Positions 56,775 to 64,000 of a stretch of 64,000 nucleotides of DNA are shown in pieces. The position numbers and the translations under genes are program-made. How positions within the stretch are numbered: the stretch's first letter is position 1; each line of letters opens with the position of its first letter. Under the pieces are notes generated by a model. That model was not told the origin of the DNA. It ran no database searches and saw nothing but the letters and a program-made list of their open reading frames with translations. The stretch is from the human T2T-CHM13v2.0 reference genome, Homo sapiens. Location: the NCBI RefSeq assembly GCF_009914755.1, contig NC_060936.1; one strand, given 5' to 3'.

Positions 56775-57660
56775 TTTTCTTTTTTTTTTCACATCTGCAA
56801 CATATTTATTTTTCAAAGGAATGGATTTTGAGAGAAAATAACATGGGGCAGAGATATGGAACAGAAAATAAATACAAGGCCCGGTGTGGTGCTCATGCCT
56901 GTAATCCCAGCACTCTGGGAGCCCAAGGCAGGCAGATCACTTGAGGCCAGGAGTTCGAGACCAGCCTGGGCAACATGGGGAAACCCCGTCTCCACTAAAA
57001 ATACAAAAATTAGGTGGATGTGGTGGTGCACGCCTGTAATCCCAGCTACTCGAGAGGCTGAGGTAGGAGAATCACTTGAACCCAGGAGGCAGAGATTGTA
57101 GTGAGCCGAGATCATGCCACTGCACACTCCAGCCTGGGTAACAGAGTGGAACTCTGTCTAAAAAAAAAAAAAGAAAGAAAAGGAAAGAAATACAAATGTA
57201 GGCGGTTTTGCTAACTGTTTTATAACCATAACAAACTAGTTCAGTGACTGTCCTGTATAAAACACAATGAAGCTTCCAAGATCAAGGCTAAAAATTTCAG
57301 TCTCTGGTTTTTGGGACTCAGGGTGCAGTCCTTGATTTCGGATGGATCACTGGGTGCGTGGTACAGTCCATGCTTTTAACCAGATTTGAACAGAAGAGTG
57401 GCCACTTGGCCCAGGTAGAAACAGATGAAGCATTTGGTTTCATGTGTCACATAACTCCTGAAGTTCCTCCCCATGATGCAAGCCGCATGGGACTGGACTT
57501 CTTGTCAAATTCCTTCTTGATATGAGCTGGAATGTCCTTCTCTATATTCTATTTCTCTAGCGCCTGAGTAGTGCACTCCACCAAGTCCTGTTGCATCTCT
57601 TCCAAGATGTCAGCATTTTTTATTATGGCCTTTAGGTTGCACATGGTTACCTAGGGAGCA
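56775..57660 (-). pseudogene. DYNLL1P4: Processed pseudogene of dynein light chain LC8-type 1 (DYNLL1), probably DYNLL1P4; CDS remnant 57644-57376
   Basis: Translates to [48 protein letters not shown].../[34 protein letters not shown], colinear with LC8 and intronless. TAG at codon 32 (57551-57549), 1-nt deletion near the His codon, then 3'UTR, AATAAA (56810-56805) and a poly(A) remnant (56789-56775). The P4 suffix is from recall. Confidence 0.93.
56878..57188 (+). mobile_element. Alu inserted into the DYNLL1 pseudogene 3'UTR
   Basis: aaatacaa duplicated on both sides. Confidence 0.93.
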
Positions 57661-57948
57661 AGCAACCCTCCCACCTTGGCCTCCCAAAGTGCTGTGATTA
57701 CAGGCATGAGCCACCATGCTCAGCCATGTCTGGAGTTTTCTAGCTGCAGAACGACCATGTCCTGGTTAAAATGCAGCTGGAAGCACATTCCCTAGAGGCA
57801 AATGTGGCATGTAGAATATCCTATATTATTTCTGGGACAGCTACCTTGACATCCATCTTTTATGATAATCCTTTGGTCTTAGATGATTCCAGCACATGAG
57901 GCAGTATGTGCACAGTAGGTAGATATTTCTTCAACAAATGTTTGTTGG

Positions 57949-58318
57949 TGTATTAGTCCATTCTCACACTGCTAATAAAGACATACCTGAGACTGGGTAA
58001 TTTACAAAGGAAAGGGGTTTAATTGATTCACAGTTCAGTATGGCTGGGGAGGCCTCAGCAAACTCACAATCATGGAGGAAGGAGAAGCAAACATGTCCTT
58101 CTTCACATGGCAGTGGAGAGAAGAAGAATGAGTGCCTAGTGAAGAGGGAAACCCCTTATAAAACCATCAGATCTTGTGAGAACTAACTCAATATCATGAG
58201 AACAGATGGGGGAAATGGCCCCCATGATTTAAGTATCTCCACCTGGTCCCTCCCACAACACATGGGGGAACTAAAATTCAAGATGAAATTTGGGTGGGGA
58301 CAAAGCCAAACTATATCA
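57949..58318 (-). mobile_element. THE1-type MaLR solo LTR
   Basis: tgtattagtccattctcac...ggggacaaagccaaactatatca; TSD gttgg/gttga. Confidence 0.88.
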
Positions 58319-58991
58319 GTTGATTACAAGTCAATATGCCACACACTTAGGCAGAGAGCTGCGTATTTAGCATTTACACTATAGGGTGGATGCCTTCTCC
58401 TTGGGCATGATGGTTTCTCTTGGCCCAATTGGACCTTAACACTTGCTGGCATTAGATTAAGTGGACAGGATGGGGACTGCCCTGATGCCGGATTCTTGGA
58501 ACCAAGGCTCACAGTTTCATCTCATCCCATGTCATTTGTTCTCTCAGCCTTCCATGATTTTGAGACCTTAACTCTGCTATCTAGAACCTGTGGCCATCCG
58601 TATGATTTACATTTCATTGCAGACTTTTACTTTACAAGAATTTACATGGGACTTGAGGGAACACAAAAAGCAAATAAACGTTCTTTTTTGTGTGTTTGTT
58701 TGTTTTCTAACACTGTATAATGAATCTGCACATCCCATAACTTTTCTTTCATATTCCACAAAAAGTTTATTGTCACAATATGCCTCAAATCCTGGAAGCC
58801 CAGGGGATAGCAGAGCTCATGTGGAAAGATGTTCTACTTTCCACTGTTGTTCACTTTCCATCATCTCCAGCCCTTCCCCATCCAGGCTCAATGGATACAC
58901 AAATTAAACCCCAGCAAGCAGTCTTTCTGCAATGGTGCTGTCTGTCCACCAAACTTGCTTTTGGGTGAAATAAGGATCACATATAAAATGA

Positions 58992-59137
58992 GGATTCTTG
59001 GAACCAAGGTTCACAGTTTCATCTCATCCCATGTCATTTGTGCTCTTAGCCTTCCATGATTTTGAGACCTTAACTCTGTGCTATCTAGAACCTGTGGCCA
59101 TCCGTATGATTTATATTTCATTGCAGACTTTTACTTT
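58992..59137 (+). repeat. ~145-bp local duplicate of 58490-58633
   Basis: Direct alignment: 4 substitutions plus a 2-bp indel. Confidence 0.95.
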
Positions 59138-59406
59138 TCATGCCTATCTTGATTCATTTCATCTTAGCCCTTCCCCCAAAATATGGAACTTGAAGTGGAG
59201 ATATTTAAGTAAGCAATAGATTCATTTTACCATCAGAGATGGCTCTTTCAAGCATGGTATCCATCTTAGAGTCTTAAGGCTGCTGCTTTTGAATTCAGAC
59301 TCACCCATATTGTTATTCCCCCATCCACAGCCCCAAACCCTTACTCCACAGATCAACTCAAGAATGCATTTGAGAGCAAGCAACAGAAAAGCCAACTATG
59401 GCTTAA

Positions 59407-59805
<399 letters not shown>

Positions 59806-59936
59806 TGATTCTATTGGCCTTTGCCTCAAGGTTGGGAAATAGCTGTCACGGCTCCAGACATCACATCTGCCTCTGTTAAAGAAAGACAGAAAGAAGGCAG
59901 GAAGGGAGAGGGCCTACAGTTTCACTATCATTTTAA

Positions 59937-60332
<396 letters not shown>

Positions 60333-63300
60333 TAGAACTCTGTCTTGGACACCCCCTAGCTGCCATCAGGGCTGAGAAATCAAGTGGAAGGCAGCACTGG
60401 TGAAGGGGATTAGAAATAACTGGTTATCCCACAGTGTCTGCCGTGTCCTGTTTTCACCCCATCTCCTGCAACTCTCTGTTGCGTCATTGAACCTTCCAGT
60501 TTCAATGAATGGCAAGCTCTCAACAGTTGCTTCTACGAGGCTAAATATCTCTCCAGTTCATTCCGCACATGGATTGTGTTCCAGAAACCTGGGCCAACTT
60601 TACATCCTCAAACACAAAGTCTCCCCGCTTCTGGACCTTTGAACTTTCTTTTCCCTCCACCCAACATACTGCTGGCCCCAGCTCCATTCTCAGCAAACAT
60701 GGGTGGTATCTTCTTAACCTTCAAGTCTTGGCTGAAATGTCACCTCCTCAGGGTGACCTTCCTGGGCCACTGCAACCTAAAATCAGCCCTTTCTTTACCC
60801 CTCATCCCTATCTGAAATAAATGTTTTTGTTCCTGGCTTATTATCTGTTTTTGCAGGAGACCTCAGAAGAACTTTCTCTCCTACTATAGTATGCCCACGT
60901 GCAAAAAACAGTGTAAAGATATTGATAAATGTTTGTTGAATGAATGTGTGAATACGTGAAAGGGAGGAGGGAAAAATCCCAATAGTCTCCGAACTGTTGG
61001 TATATATTGTCAAGTGCGGACCATGGTCCAAATAAGTACAGAACTTTAAATGGTTACCACAGCACTTGTTAGGAGTAAAATGCATGTACATGCAAACACG
61101 CACACACACACACACACGCCAAAATAAGATAATAAGAAAAAAGCAGAGGAATATTGAAGTAAGGGAAAGAAGTAGAGGCAAATTTTGTTGCCAGCATTTT
61201 TGCTTCATTATTCCATCTTAAGGAGTACGAGGCTGAAGGCAGGCGGCCTCACAGAACAGATAACAGAATTTGTCATTTGCAGTGGCCGTGTTATTTTTAG
61301 ATCCAAATGCATTTCTTTCAACGTGGACTCCATATTGCTGGCTGCCAGCTCATGCAAATCGGGCCTCCATATGGAGGGACCAGGCTCTATTTTACACGTA
61401 ATGCACACGTGCATCTTTGTTTGAAATAGGTTAGCTTGAAAACAGCCCTGCTCCACCCAGCTACAGGGGTCTCAGTGCATGTGTGAAGTTGGTGTTTCAT
61501 CACTGTGGCAACTTCCCACCTGGATGCCCCCTTTCTAAGGGTCATCTGCATGCAAAGGTCATTCCCAGTACACTTCAGCCCTCCAAGACCAGGGACTGTG
61601 TCTCTTATGTTTGCCACTCTTGTGCTGAGCAACTAGTGGTGTTTATTAAATGCTCATAGCATTAATATCTGAACCCCACCTTGTTTTGCTCTTTCAGAAG
61701 CCTCTGCACCTCTCACATGGAGTTCATTCAATTCGTTCTTGTCTTCTGAACCCCACATGCCATTTTAAGCTCTTTCACCACAGGGTCTGCAGCTCTGCCC
61801 CTCAGCGCCAAGCCCCGTGCCTGGTCAATCACAGATCTCTGCAAACAGCGATTCCAGAGTTGATGCCCAGCTTTCAAAATGCTCACAGCAATTTCCCTGC
61901 CTCTGTGAACTCTGAACAAAGAGAGGTGTTGCTTTTTGGCAAAGGAGGTTGTCAAGAAGCTTGGGGAAAGAAGCCTCCCTCTGGCCCCTAACCTCCCTGA
62001 ACCTTCCTTTGCCCCATCTTCTGCTTCTGGAATATTCTGGATTTGGAGAACATCAGTTACACATGAAGGGAGACATGAGGGAACCAAGTGGGTGGAGAGA
62101 CAAGCAGAAATCTGTCTCTGCAAAGGCACCGTCTAGAGTCTCCTCGAACCCTTGGGGCAAACCCCATAGACCTTCCTTTATCTTCATCCTTCCTGGACAA
62201 TCTCAGCAGCCGAGACCTCCTCCTCTCCATGCACAGTGCCCAGCCCCTCCTTCTCCCATTGCTGGACTCCATCCAGCTAGCCATGTTTGCTTCTGTGGAA
62301 ATTTCCCCCACCCAAATTCTTCTCTGGCCCCAACTATCCTGGCCACGAAGGGAGAGTGAACTCTGTGTAGAACCAACTGAGCCTGCTGTGCAGAAGACAG
62401 ACCTTGCCTACTTAGCAGGAGGGCAGAACCAACCTCCTCGCAGGCCCGGGTAGCCTCAGGTGCCCATTGCCAGGGAGCAAATGGTCAGGACCTCGGTGGC
62501 ATTCTCCCTCTCTCTCAAGGACAGGAGGGTGACCATCTGGGCCTTGGCCAGAGTTCCATGGAGGAAGCCCCAGCCTTTTCTCTCCAGCAATGATGCCGTT
62601 ATCAAAACCAGGAGTGGGAATTTGAATAAAAAGGAGAGGGGAGAGTCACCACCCCCCCCTCCCCACTGTGGTTTCCAGGCGACACGTCGTCTGTTGCGGT
62701 CGCTGTCATACAATCCCTTTCCCCGTAAGACGGCGGGTCCCACAGGGAGAAGGGGTGAAGAGGAATATTTTATCAGCCGTGTACATATGTAACCAGAAAC
62801 GGGGCTGAAAAGCAAAACCTCGTTTCCCTGAATAGGGGGAAGGAGGGAGGGGGTGGGGATGCTGGTGGAGGTGGCAGAAGGGACTTATCTCTAGGAGGTC
62901 AACAGTGGGAACATGCGGTGACTGATTTCCACCCTCCGTCTTGTCAACGCGGGGAGCGTCTGCACAAACGGCTGTTTGGGGCACAAAGTTTAAAAGGCAT
63001 CTTGTTTTTGTATTTAGATATAAGAACCCAATATACATATCATAGGTGAAAGAAAAAAGAATAATAAATATTCTAAAACCATGCCAGAATGGGGTGGTTG
63101 AGTCTTTAGAGAATGGGACGCGAATTTCTCATTCATGGGCTACTTCTCACTCATGGTTTGAAGATTACTTTGCTCCTTTGGGGAAGAAACCCTAAGCACT
63201 GGGAAGCCTCCCTTCCTCTGTATTGAAGTCTCATGTTCATTCTACAACACGGGGCAGTGCGGCACTGGGCTGGAGAAAGTCCAGCTTCCCCGTCCAGGTC

Positions 63301-64000
63301 TGAGAAGCCTGGAGGCCTGGTCAGCATTAAATGTCCAAGCATGCAGGGCAGAAGAGATGATTTCATCTCTGCTCCAGAAAAGGCAGCCATCTCGCCCCTT
63401 CCCCACTGAGCACCATTCTCAGAGGACCTTAGCAATGAGTTAAAAGAAAACAATTGTGATGACACGCTAGCTTTGCCCAAGAGTTTAGTGCGAATGCAAC
63501 TAACCTTGCAGACAGTCACCAGCCCGCTTGCCTGGGGGAAGTGACCACTCACAAGGTACTTCACGAAGGAGGCTGGTTTATTTATGCCGCTTTGTTTATT
63601 GTGCTGGTTGGGGAAGTCTAGCGGGAGAAGGTGAACCCGTGCATTCTCTGGGAGGCATTTTTCTGGTGACTGGTCTGTAAGCCCATTTCCAAAGAACACT
63701 GCATGAAAATGATCAGATGTGAAGACAGCCATCCTGCAACCACTCTACCCAAATGCTCGGGTGGGGCTCCTGTTACTACTGGCTCATTCAAAAGTTTGGG
63801 ACGTTAGGAAATAAAAAAGTTAAGCAAAGAGGAATGGAGACAGAATGAGAGGGAGAGAAGAGGAGAAAGAGAGAGAGAGAGAGGTGAGAAACGCAAGAAC
63901 CCATCTGGACCATGCATCACATTGAAATTGCCCCGCATTAAAAATTCACCAGCCAGTGAATTTTCAAGGGATTTGTAGTAATTAGATGACAAAATGCTGG

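Noticed and set aside
63151-63732. 193-aa minus-strand ORF
   Set aside because: No recognisable homology or exon context; treated as a chance ORF, though not excluded without Ribo-seq or BLAST.

Overview
Human (primate) genomic DNA, about half interspersed repeats (Alu, MIR, L2, MaLR LTRs, hAT/Tigger DNA transposons), with no conventional protein-coding gene. The firmest gene-derived feature is a minus-strand DYNLL1 processed pseudogene (CDS 57376-57644; premature TAG, 1-nt frameshift, 3'UTR split by an Alu). A minus-strand spliced lncRNA model can be read from splice signals: it starts in an MLT1-type LTR (~41520, GG|GTAAGT donor at 41437/41436), has candidate exons 35019-34895 and 21480-21251, and a long last exon from 14632 into a second MaLR LTR (~12450). 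From memory (not verified here), this layout matches chr12q24.13 LINC01234 plus DYNLL1P4, between LHX5 and RBM19. The last exon holds an 85-codon ATG ORF, the same length as the MBOP micropeptide reported for LINC01234. Other notable items: several repeat-free, enhancer-like motif clusters (perfect RFX X-boxes, a CTCF core, tandem CArG boxes, PBX/HOX/MEIS sites beside a CpG island), a young AluYb8 with perfect TSDs, a triple-nested transposon, and several short local non-tandem duplications. I see no support for a wholly new biological system. Repeat subfamily calls and boundaries are by eye and approximate.
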